This document shows, piece after piece, positions 27,090 to 37,200 of a stretch of DNA of 50,541 bases. Each line of letters opens with the position of its first letter. The stretch's first letter is position 1. The position numbers and the translations under genes were made by a program. This DNA comes from a virus. Its lineage: Duplodnaviria > Caudoviricetes. A model generated the notes under the pieces. That model saw only the letters and a program-made list of their open reading frames with translations. It had not been told where the DNA came from and made no database searches. The stretch covers positions 1 to 50,541 of IMG/VR virus record IMGVR_UViG_3300049926_000017. One strand, 5' to 3'.

Positions 27090-27590
27090 CTAGGTGTTGG
27101 TGACGCCCGCTCCGTCGTGGAGTTCGGCCTCGTCAACGACGACGACGAACAGACCCGTCTCGGAGACGCCCATGTTGTCAACCTTGATGGTCAACTTGCC
27201 CGCGACGTAGATGTCGCGGTTGGCGTCGTTGCCCGTTCCCGCTCCACCCGAACCGTCGCCGGACGTCAGGGCGGTGCCGTCAACGCCTGCGACCTTGGCG
27301 GTGGGGCGGAACCCTGCGGGCGTGCCCTCCGTGCCGGTCGTGTACGTGAACAGCGGAGCACCAACCGTCGCCCCGGGGTCCGAAGCGGCTTGGCTGATGG
27401 TGATGACCGCCGAGGCGTCGAAGCCACCGTCGGAATAGCAGGCAACGATGCGGCCGTAGCCCTCACCGATGACGCGCTCCGTGATGTCCCCGCCGTCGGC
27501 GGTGGCGTCCGTGGCACAGGCCACGCTGATGCGAACGACGCCCTTGTTGCGATGCCGGATGATGGGCGCCGCGACAGCAGAACCGGCCAT
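27090..27590 (-). CDS. Virion structural/decoration protein, paralog 2
   Basis: Beta-rich; shares GR.V, RPT and NRDIY.AG with 27593..28027. Confidence 0.7.
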   Translation of the reverse strand: MAGSAVAAPIIRHRNKGVVRISVACATDATADGGDITERVIGEGYGRIVACYSDGGFDASAVITISQAASDPGATVGAPLFTYTTGTEGTPAGFRPTAKVAGVDGTALTSGDGSGGAGTGNDANRDIYVAGKLTIKVDNMGVSETGLFVVVVDEAELHDGAGVTNT

Positions 27591-27592
27591 GG

Positions 27593-28027
27593 TTAGTTCG
27601 CCTCCTGCACGAGCAGCGTGATGCGTGCCGTGTCGGTGGTGGTCGCGTTGGCGATGGCGAGGCTGATGGCGCCCGCGAGGTAGATGTCACGGTTGACATT
27701 CGGCGCGGTCGTCGCAGCGGTGATGGCCGCCCCGGCGTTGTCGGTGATGACCTGCGTCGGCCGGTACGTGTTCGCGGCGGCGCCCACAGAGAGGTCGGAC
27801 AGGATGGGAGCCCCGGACGCGGTGTCCGTGAGCAGGACGTCAGCGGTGGACGTCATGGTGGCACCGGCGCCTGCGACCGGGTCGAAGATGACTCCGACGA
27901 GGCGGCCGAAGAACGAGCCGATGGGGGTGGCGCTGACGGCACCTGAGACGCAGACAACGTCCACGTCAACGCGGATAAGGCCACGACCCTTGCGGGACGT
28001 GACGGTGGCAGTGGCGGTACCGGCCAT
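27593..28027 (-). CDS. Virion structural/decoration protein, paralog 1
   Basis: Beta-rich; RBS GAGGAG. Confidence 0.7.
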   Translation of the reverse strand: MAGTATATVTSRKGRGLIRVDVDVVCVSGAVSATPIGSFFGRLVGVIFDPVAGAGATMTSTADVLLTDTASGAPILSDLSVGAAANTYRPTQVITDNAGAAITAATTAPNVNRDIYLAGAISLAIANATTTDTARITLLVQEAN

Positions 28028-28094
28028 GGGTTACTCCTCTCGGCGCAATCCTTGCACCGGTGGCGATACGGGCGACATGCCCGCGTAGGACCCT

Positions 28095-28105
28095 AGTGTA
28101 CCACG
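28095..28105 (-). promoter_or_regulatory. Extended -10 promoter CGTGGTACACT
   Basis: Intergenic; same consensus as 323, 19832, 31211. Confidence 0.6.
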
Positions 28106-28107
28106 AC

Positions 28108-29280
28108 CTACGCGTACTGCTCGTAGAACCACATGTGGGAGCCCGTGACGACCCCGCTCATGCCGTGGAAGGTGACGCTATAGGGCGTGTCGCCCGGGTC
28201 GATCAGCGGCCACGTCGTGTCGCCGGTGAAGACGATGCGCGACATCTGCGGCGTCTCTACGGAGGACTCCTCGAAGGTCAGCATCTTGTCCGCGCCCTTG
28301 ATGCGGATGATGCGGTTGTGCGTGGAGGCCGGGACGGTGATGGTGAAGACGCTGTCGCCGACCGTCATGCTGATGGTGCCAGCCCCGGAGCCGACCTCGA
28401 TGACGGCGTTCAGGATGCCGAGGTACGTGCCCCGGTTCGACCACGTTCCCGAGGCGGACGAGGACTTGACCCACGTCGAGGCGGTGATGTTCGAGGTCGC
28501 AACGTCGAACGTGGCCCCGCCCAGCGTGGCGCTGAGGGTGAAGGTCGTCGAGAGCGGCGTGGTCTTGACGTAGTAGGCCGTGCCGGTGACGAGGCTCGTG
28601 TTGCCGGTGATGGCCGAGAACGTGATGCGGTCGTTGGCTGCGAGCCCGTGGGCGGCGCCGGTCGTGAACAGGTCGGTGGCGAAGGCGGCGGTCGTGGTGC
28701 TGCCGAAGACGGCGGTGGCGGTGAAGGCCACGTCGCGGGCGTCAACGCCGTAGATGCCCGGGTCCTTGCAGATGAGGGTCGCCTGCCACGGGACACCGAG
28801 GGAGTCCTCGTCGTCGCCGCCGATCTGGTCCGAGTTCGTGACCTGCTGGAAGGCTCGGGGCATGGCGTAGACGAGCAGGTCGATGGCGCCAGCGGGGTAG
28901 TCGGCCTGACGGTTGGTCGGGACGCTGAAGTAGAACGGCCGGTAGCCGTGATCGAGGGGCTCTTCGCGCTGTGCGAGCACAGGGTTGAGCGCAGCCCGGA
29001 GGGCGAACAGGTTGTCGAACAGGAGGCCCCGAGTCAGGCCGTAGCAGGTGCCCGACAGGCGGATGCGCCGCATGCCTTGGAAGACATCGCCAGCGTCGTT
29101 GCCGTCAGCCTGTGACCGCTTCTCGTTCCACTGGATGATGTCCACGTCGGACAGGTCGAAGGAGTCAAGGATGTTCCCGGTGATCCCCGTCCCTGTGCCG
29201 CCACCGCCGGTGACGTTGTCCTCAGCCGAGGAGTCGTTCAGCAGGACCGAGCGGTACAGGATGTCCCGCGTCGTATCCAT
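28108..29280 (-). CDS. Distal tail (Dit)-like protein with inserted beta module
   Basis: DG..RRIRLSG..LRAALNP..LICKDP..NRGT..IDPG pattern. Confidence 0.7.
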   Translation of the reverse strand: MDTTRDILYRSVLLNDSSAEDNVTGGGGTGTGITGNILDSFDLSDVDIIQWNEKRSQADGNDAGDVFQGMRRIRLSGTCYGLTRGLLFDNLFALRAALNPVLAQREEPLDHGYRPFYFSVPTNRQADYPAGAIDLLVYAMPRAFQQVTNSDQIGGDDEDSLGVPWQATLICKDPGIYGVDARDVAFTATAVFGSTTTAAFATDLFTTGAAHGLAANDRITFSAITGNTSLVTGTAYYVKTTPLSTTFTLSATLGGATFDVATSNITASTWVKSSSASGTWSNRGTYLGILNAVIEVGSGAGTISMTVGDSVFTITVPASTHNRIIRIKGADKMLTFEESSVETPQMSRIVFTGDTTWPLIDPGDTPYSVTFHGMSGVVTGSHMWFYEQYA

Positions 29281-29283
29281 GCG

Positions 29284-29493
29284 TTACGGAGCCTTGGCGG
29301 CGGACAGTTGCCCGTACAGACCTTCGAGTTGGGCGGCCTTGGCGCGAGCCGCTGCGAACGAACCGTTCGTGACGTCGGTCGCCATGGTGATGACGATAGC
29401 GGCTGCGGCTGCCTTGATCGCGGTGACCTTGACAGCGTCGAGGGTCGAGGCATTCCCGCGCGGTGTGCCCGGGGCAGTTGACGTGAACGGCAT
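29284..29493 (-). CDS. Small virion-associated protein
   Basis: RBS AAAGGAG before the ATG at 29493. Confidence 0.7.
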   Translation of the reverse strand: MPFTSTAPGTPRGNASTLDAVKVTAIKAAAAAIVITMATDVTNGSFAAARAKAAQLEGLYGQLSAAKAP

Positions 29494-29519
29494 GTGGTGC
29501 TCCTTTCGAGAGTGTGATC

Positions 29520-29539
29520 GGGGCTCCCGAAGGAGCCCC
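29520..29539 (-). terminator. UUCG hairpin after the capsid gene
   Basis: GGGGCTCC-TTCG-GGAGCCCC on the - strand, 6 nt after the stop. Confidence 0.6.
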
Positions 29540-29545
29540 ACTGGA

Positions 29546-30526
29546 CTAGATGGCGGTCGCGCCGGACTCGATGCGGACGTAGCGCGGGCCAGCCTCGTCG
29601 GTCAGGAAGGAGCCGAGGCGGCACTTCCAACCGATGGACATGACCTGAGCCAGTTCGTCACCGTGCCCACCCGGCAGCACGACGTGAGTCGTGATGTTGC
29701 CCCAGTCGCCGAAGGCGAAGGAGTCCGGGCCGCAGATGTACGTGCTGTGGACGTCGGCGGAACCGGCACCGGCGGCAGTGAACACGCGAGCGTTCGCCGA
29801 CTCCATGAACCGAACACCGGCGTACTTGCCGAGTTCACCCGCGAGGATGGCGGTCGAGGGGTTGTAGGTGTTGATGGCCTTCCAGCCACCGAGCGCCTCG
29901 TCCTCCTCGAAGTCGAAGACAACGGCCGGGTCCACGATGGCGTGGAAGGTCCCGTCCCCGAACATGGGGATGTTGTCGTACTTCATGCCCTGAGCGGCCC
30001 GCCGAAGCAGGGAGCCCGTGATGGTGTCCGTCGAGCCAACGTTGGCGCGAGCGGTCTGCCCACCGGCATAGATGACCGACGTGCCCGCCGCAAGGATGCG
30101 GCCGACATACTCGTCGATGGTCGCGGCAGCCTGCCGGGCAACGCGGACCGAAGCCTCCGACACGAGGCCGGAGCCAACGTCGAACTCGTCGATTGCGATG
30201 TCCGTCAGTTCGACCCGCTGGCCTGCCTGATAGGCAGTGAACTCCTCGTAGCCGAACGAGAGAGCCTGCGCCGTGGGGGCGACACCCTCCGTGAGCCACG
30301 GGGCGGTACCGGGGGTGACCGTGCCGGAGTTGGTGGTGACGGTCAGGTGCGGGACCCGGAGGAACCGCATGGTCGAGTTCGACCCCTTGACGAACGTCGC
30401 CTTGATGTAGCCAAGGCCGTCGCTCAGGTGCGGCAGCGAGGGCAGCAACTCCTGTTCGAGCGTCTTGCGGATGAGGGTGTTGACCGTCTTGTCGAAGTTG
30501 GTCGTCCCGGTATTCGTGGTCGTCAT
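29546..30526 (-). CDS. Major capsid protein (HK97 fold, N4-gp56-like)
   Basis: LTEGVAP, GELGKYAGVRFMES, DELAQ..IGWK; follows the scaffold gene. Confidence 0.9.
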   Translation of the reverse strand: MTTTNTGTTNFDKTVNTLIRKTLEQELLPSLPHLSDGLGYIKATFVKGSNSTMRFLRVPHLTVTTNSGTVTPGTAPWLTEGVAPTAQALSFGYEEFTAYQAGQRVELTDIAIDEFDVGSGLVSEASVRVARQAAATIDEYVGRILAAGTSVIYAGGQTARANVGSTDTITGSLLRRAAQGMKYDNIPMFGDGTFHAIVDPAVVFDFEEDEALGGWKAINTYNPSTAILAGELGKYAGVRFMESANARVFTAAGAGSADVHSTYICGPDSFAFGDWGNITTHVVLPGGHGDELAQVMSIGWKCRLGSFLTDEAGPRYVRIESGATAI

Positions 30527-30595
30527 GTCAGACGTTCCTTCTGCCCCTTGGGGCATTCATCCGGCCGGGTGGCCGGTGATGGTTTGGCGACTCGA

Positions 30596-31138
30596 CTAGC
30601 CCTTGAAGAGTCCCGAAGCCTGCTTGTCCAGTTCGGCTCGGAGTTCTGCGACGGTCATGTCGTCGATGTTCTTGCTGCCACCTGCGTCCTTCGGGGGATT
30701 ATTCCCGATGGGCGTCGGCGGGGCGGGAGCCCTGTCTCCGAACACCGTCTCCAACTCGGCGAGTTGCGCCGCGTCGGTGATGCCGGGGAACTTCTTGCGA
30801 GCCACCGGGAACTGTGCGTCAAGGACCTTTGCGAGGTCCGTGGCACGCTCCCGAGCGAGTCGCTCGTCGTACTCCCTTGCGACCTCAGCGCGGATGGTCG
30901 CTTCGTCCTTCGTCGCATTCGGGTCCTGCGCGCTGGACTTGCCAGCGAGGAGAGCCTCGTACTGTGACTTCAGGAGGTCGCGCTCCGCGATAGCGATGTC
31001 CCTTGCCTTGTCGGCGCCGGACTGTCGCTTCGTGAGGTCAGCGATGACCTTCTCGGGGTCCGGGGCCTCCGGTGCAGCACCCTCGGGTGACTGGTCGGTG
31101 GCGGTGGCCGGAGCCGTCGTCTTGTCGTCGTCTGCCAT
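30596..31138 (-). CDS. Capsid scaffolding protein
   Basis: Acidic N-terminus, coiled coil, RBS AAAGGAA, immediately upstream of MCP. Confidence 0.8.
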   Translation of the reverse strand: MADDDKTTAPATATDQSPEGAAPEAPDPEKVIADLTKRQSGADKARDIAIAERDLLKSQYEALLAGKSSAQDPNATKDEATIRAEVAREYDERLARERATDLAKVLDAQFPVARKKFPGITDAAQLAELETVFGDRAPAPPTPIGNNPPKDAGGSKNIDDMTVAELRAELDKQASGLFKG

Positions 31139-31210
31139 GGTATGGCTGTTCCTTTCGTACCGGGCTTCTTGTCCGACGTCTGTCGGCGAGCACTTCCCGT
31201 GTGCAGGTGC

Positions 31211-31220
31211 AGCATACCAC
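31211..31220 (-). promoter_or_regulatory. Extended -10 promoter GTGGTATGCT for scaffold-capsid
   Basis: Intergenic, consensus GTGG-TAnnnT. Confidence 0.6.
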
Positions 31221-31227
31221 ACCGTGT

Positions 31228-34200
31228 CTACTTCAGTGCGTCGCGCAGTTCCTGCATGACGTAGTAGAGCGGCGTGCCGAGTTCGGCGCCGGTGACCTGC
31301 CCGGCCTGTGCGTCTTCGAGAGCCTTCTTCAACTGCTCGGCCGGGGTGTTCGGGCCGTTCAGTTCGTCGATGGCTCGACCGGCCCACGGCACGGTCGTCT
31401 CCAACGGGTTCAGTTTCTTGATGGTGTCCACGAAGGGCTGCGTGACGCTGAAGCCGGTCGGCTCCTGCCCGGAGGCGACGGCCTTGGCACGGTCGGTCCC
31501 CTGAGCGGCCACGTCCTTCATCCACTGCGGCGCGCTGGCGCTGATGTCCCACGGCAGGGTCGGCAGCATGTAGCCGAGGAAGGACATGGCCTGCGAGTGG
31601 CCCAACTTCTCGATCTGTGCGTCGAACTCGGGATCGTACTCCCGGCGCAGGGCAATCTCAGACTTGGCGTGCATCATGGCGGACAGGGCGCCACCGGTGC
31701 GGATGCCGAACGGACGCTTGGCGATGAACTGGACGACCTCGGGGGCCAACTTGCCCCACATGTAGGAGGCCGGGTAGAGGCCGAACATGGGGTGGTTGAT
31801 GGAGCGTTCGAGCATCGACCGGGACTGGGCGAAGTACTGCAGGCGGAAGGCGTCCTGCCACTTGCGCTGCATGTTCGAGACGGCCAACTGGTGGGCCATC
31901 GCCTCGGTGTAGTTGTACGGGGCGGCGGCGCCGGTGGGGATGCCAGCGATGTCCTGAATGAGCCCGGCGTGAATGGCGTTGTCGCCCTGCAGGAGGCCGT
32001 TCTCGACCGCCTTCTGGCTCCACTTGCCGAAGTGCTGGGCGACCCGGGCGACGTCGGGGTTGGACTCGACGTGCTTGCCCACTCCGACGAACTGCTGGGC
32101 GAAGTCGTCGATGGTCTTCTGCGGCAGGAGGCCCGCCTTCTGAGGGGCGAAGACGGTCCCGCGTTTGGCGGCGTTGGCCTCGCGGATAGTCTTCCCGGCC
32201 AGTGGGTTGACCTCCGGCTTGACCCATTCGCCGGTCTTCTGCAGGAAGGTCTGGAACTCCTCGACTACGGCGTGCAGCGCGGGCGCTCGGGTCGCGAGGA
32301 CGGCCATGTCGAGGTTCGGGTCGGTGGCGAGGCTGAAGAGTTCAGCGCCGAACTCAGGGCCGCTCTTGAAGGAGTACTCGCTCAACTGGGCGCGGCCACC
32401 GGTGACGTCCTTCTCGAACCGGACCATCATGTTGTGGTAGTCCTCGTACCCGGCGAGCGGGTGCTGGACGTAAACCTTGTTCCCGGCCTTGTCGAGCCAC
32501 GGCGTGGTGCCGTCGGACCGCGTTCGGAGTTTCTGCGGGCGGCGATCCACGTCGAACGCGTGCCCGGCCTCGTGCCGCATGACGCTCTGGATGTCGAGTT
32601 GCCCGGTCGCGAAGTCGGGGTTGTTGAACGGGACCCCGAACTCGGTATTGCGGGCGACCTGCATGGGCTTGCCGTCGGGTCCAATCTGGCTGAAGGTGTC
32701 GTACTGGCGGCCCCAGTCGTTCCGCTTCGTATGTGCGCCAGCCCAGTCCTCTTTCCACGAGACAGGGTCGGCGTACTGGCTGTTGAACAGGATGACCGGC
32801 TCACCGTCATCGGCGCCGAAGGTGATGGCGAAGGGGGCATCGCCCTCCTTCATGCCGAGCCCGACGAGCATGTTGTCGTCGAGGGACTTGGCATCACCGC
32901 TGAAGTCAACGACGTCGATGTGGAAGATGCGCAGTTCGGGGAACTGGTTCATTACGTCCTCGATGGGCTGAAGCAGGGCGTGCTGCAAGTCCGCAGGGAG
33001 GGCCATGATGCCGTCGCCAAGGCGGCGGGAGTAGGTGTGCTGGGTCGCGCCCACGTCTACGGTCGCGAAGTCCTGTGCGGGCACGTCTGGCCCGGATGGC
33101 ACCTGCTGGGCCTTCGGGACCTCGAACGGATGGCGGGCCTCGAAGTCTGCCGCCGGGTCCACCGCGTCGAGCGGCTTGGCGACATCGGCGCCGGGGATGA
33201 CATCGTTGCTGAAGTTCACGTAGGCGGTCTGACCGTGCGTCTCGGTGAGCAGGGCGCCGCGAGCGTCGGGGCTGTACATCTTGAAGTGGCTCGCCGCCGC
33301 GTTCAGTTCGCCGCGCGGCCCGAACGAGAAGCCCTCGGCGCTGTGGCCGAAGACGTCGTGAACGGCGCGGAACATCGTGTTCTGCTCGTTCGTCATGAGG
33401 GGGTGATCGGAGTCGGTCCCCTTGACGCGGAGTTCACCCTTGCGGATGTCCTTCAGCATGGCCTCGCGACCTAGCGCGTCGGCGGTGTACGGGTCGCCCT
33501 TCGCGACGGTGACCTTGATGCCCATACCCCCTTCGGACTTGGGCTTCGTCATGAAGTCGAACTGGTCGCGCGTCTCGACGACGAACTGCTGGTACGCCTT
33601 GTACGTGCGTTCGTCGATGCCTGCAGGCTGCGGCTTCAGGTCGGTGTCGGCAGCGTGCAGGCTCTTCGTGGTGGGGCGGCGACCGGTCTTCTCAAACGGC
33701 GTCTCGGGCAGCGCGCCGTACTCGTCGGCGACGGTCTGGTAGTGGGCCTCGTCCACCTTGTAGTGGCGAGCCTCGTCCATGGGCGTCACGCCCTTGTCGC
33801 GAAGGTACTTGTTGGCGCCGTTACGCAGGGCCTCGACGCCGCGAGTCGAGTCGGTCAGGACATCGTGGGCACCGGTGCCGTACTTGCCGTCCATGTACCC
33901 GAGGATACGGTCTGCCAACTGCCCCTCAGCGTCGGCGTCCCACATGGCCTTGATGTCCTTCTGGTGCAGCCGCACGTCGCCCTTCTTGACCGCCTTCGTC
34001 AGTTCCGGGCGGAACTCCATGAGCAGGGCGCGCTTGGCCGAGGGGTCAAGGTGCTGGCTGAAGACGGCCGACATCTGACGCACGAGGTCTTCGCGCTTCG
34101 CCGTGTTGGCAGCCGGAGCAGCCAACCGTGAGCGACCACGTCCGACCGTCTCGCCGACCTTGTTCTTGCGGAGCATCTTCAGCGGGCCGTCGAGCGAGCC

Positions 34201-37200
34201 GAGCAGGCCCTCCGTGCCGTCGATGATCCCGGGGTCGAAGACCTGCGACATGAAGTCCACCGGGGTCATGCCTCGAAGGTCGGCCCAGCCGCCCATGAGG
34301 TCCTGCAGCCCCTTGGACTCCTCGAAGGACAGGTTGTACCGCTTCTCCGCTTCCTTCCAGAAGCCGGTCCACGAGAACGTCAGGCTGTTCTCGACGCGGC
34401 CGATGTAGTCCTTGTCCGCGCCCAGCCGCCGCAGAAAGTCGCTGACCTCGTTCAGTTTGGCGGCGGGCTTGTCGGCCCCGGCGATGACGCGCCGGAGGTC
34501 GGCCATCGTCTTCACGGCGGTGCCGTCGGTGAACGAGCCCATGCTCTGCGCAACGTGGTCGAGGTCGAGGGCCTTCAGTTCGCCGATGTGGGAGGGCTTG
34601 TGCCACTCGCCGGTCTTGATGGCGTTGCCCCACTCGGCCTCCATCTTCGGGAGCCCCGCCATCCGCCCGGCCTTGTCGAGGCGGCGGACGACGATGTCGT
34701 TCGCGAACAGGTTCTCGTTGAGCAACTGCACCGCAAACTCGTCCTCGTCGAGCACGTGGCCCGCCATGGCGTCAGCGTTGACCTTCATGTCCTTCCAGAC
34801 GCCCGGCTGGACCTCTTCCCACGCGGAGCGGAGTTCCTTGCCGAGGCCCTTACGGAAGGTGCGCAGAGCGGCGATGCGCTTCACGCCCTGAACGTCCATG
34901 AGTTCCCCGGATCGAGCGGCGATCTTGGACAGCCGGGAGGTCGGGTTGTGCCACAGGCCCTTGACGCGGTCGCCCATGAGCATCTGAGCCGTGTACTCGG
35001 CCTGATCGAGGTCGGCTGCCCGGATGAGGCTGTTGTCCGTCATGCGACCGAGCAGGCGCTCCGTGGCCTTGTCAGCCTCGGACAGGGTGTCGGTCAGGAA
35101 GGGGGTGCTGATGCCGCGCTGGGTGTTCAGGACCCAAGGCTCTACCTTCTCCTGCAACTGGAAGATGGGGTTATAGCGGAACTTGACCGTCGGCCACGCA
35201 TGCTCGGCGATCTGCCCCGCGAAGTTCGACTGGTACCCGGTGGCGGCCGACAGCATGGTCTTCACACGCCCGGACAACTTCTGAGTGAGCCCGATGAAGC
35301 GCATGTCGCCGTCGTAGGCATTGAGGACCAGACGCAGGACGTCGGCCTCCTGTAGCGCACCGGCTCCGTTCAACATGGTCGCGGGAACGAGGCCCTCGTC
35401 CTTGATGGCCTTGAACAGGTCACCCTTGCCGAAGCCTCGCGGGCCGCTGTATCCCTGATGCTCCCGGGTGTACTCCTGTAGACGGTCCCACCACTTGTTC
35501 GCCACGTGCTCAGACAGGCCGAACTCCTTGTAGGCGCTGTGACTCGCGATGCTGACGAACCGCTGCCGGGCAATCTCGTGGACCTGTGCGCCGGTGACCT
35601 GAGCGCGGAGCATCGAGGACCCGGCCGCCACGAAGTCAACCATCTTCGCCGCCTTAGTGGCAGCGACGCCAATGATCGGAAGGCCAGCGATGTTGCGGGG
35701 CAGGTCGATGCCGGGGCGGTAGCCCTTGGCGCCGTTGGCTACGTGGTCAGCCCATGGCGCGGTCTTGCCGATGTACTTGCCGCCCTGCTCGTTGGCTCGC
35801 TCGATCCCCCACAGGAACTCCTCGCGGGGACGGAAGCCCAACTGGTACTGACCCGCGAAGGTCTTGTGCAGGTCCTGCAGGTCGTCCGGCAGGGTCTTCA
35901 ACTCGTCGTCGAGGAACTGCATCGGGAAGGACTCCATGTGGTCCTCGATGTGGCGGATGAGTCGCTGGACGGACTTGGCCCCGTTCGCAGAGTCCATGGT
36001 GATGTAGGCGAGTTCGGGGTACCGCTCCTGCCATTCGCGGGCGATCCCGAGAGCCTTCTTCGTGCTCTTAGCGGCCTTCAACTTCGAGAGGACGCTGCCA
36101 GCCCCGACCCGGGTGAGGGTCTTCGAGGAGAGCAGGACGACCTTGTCGAGGTCGAACGCGGCGGCGGCGGCGTGGCCCTCTGCCTTCGCGAGACTGGTCG
36201 AGTCGAGCAGGACCTTGTTCGCGTGGGCGTAGTAGGCGAAGTCGAGGAGGGACTTGCGCTCCTTCGACATCTTCGGCAGGAGTTCCATCCACTGCTCGGC
36301 CGTTCGCAGACCGAACATGGACTCCAACTTGCGGGCGAGTTTCAGGTGCTCGGCCTCGGTCCAGTGCTCGTCCTGCTTGACGATGTTGCGAACGATGTCG
36401 TCCTTCACCCAGCCAACGAGGTCCTTCATCCGCATGTGCTTGGCAGCGTCGGCGATGACGTCCTCGCGACGGGCGGCACCCTCGGCGGTCTGCAGGGCAC
36501 CAGCCAGACCCCGGTCGATGGAGGACGCCTGATGCAGGGAGAGGATGCCCTCACGGCCACGGTTCGTCATCCCAGTACCGAGGGCGTCGGCGTACTCGCT
36601 GGCGAGTCGGCCGGTCTTGTCGAGTTCGAGCAGGTCGTCGAAGTTCTTCATGCCCTCGATGGGGTTCATCGTCGTGTGCAGGGTCTTCTGAAGGGTGTCC
36701 GAGTACAGGTCCACCATCCGGGCGTTGCCGGGCATGTGCAGGTCGATGCCGTGGAGCGGGTCGATGAGGTACCGGGCCATCTTCGAGGCACGGCCGAGGT
36801 AGGTACCTTCGAGCCCGGTGTACGTCTGCCCGAAGGCGGTGACGAACCGCTGGGCTCGCTCGCTGCCTTGGAACGCTCGGTCAACGACGTTGAGGCGATT
36901 GATGGTCTGTCCGGTCCGGTAGCCCTGATACGACGTCACGGCCGCCTCACGCTCGACTGCTGTGGCCTTGGCGGCGTCCAACGCCTTCGAGGCGACCCGA
37001 GTGGCCTTGGCGGTCTTTGCGAGGCCCACAGCCTCTTCTGCAGCCTTGACGGCGGCGTTGGCCTCTTCAGCCAGTTGTGCGGCGCGCTCTGCACCGGCCG
37101 CGACCTCTGCTCCCTTCAGGCCAGCCTTGGCGAGGGCACCCATCCCGAAGGATGCGGCTACGTCCGGCGAGGCGACGGAGAGGGCGATAGTCAGAGTGGA

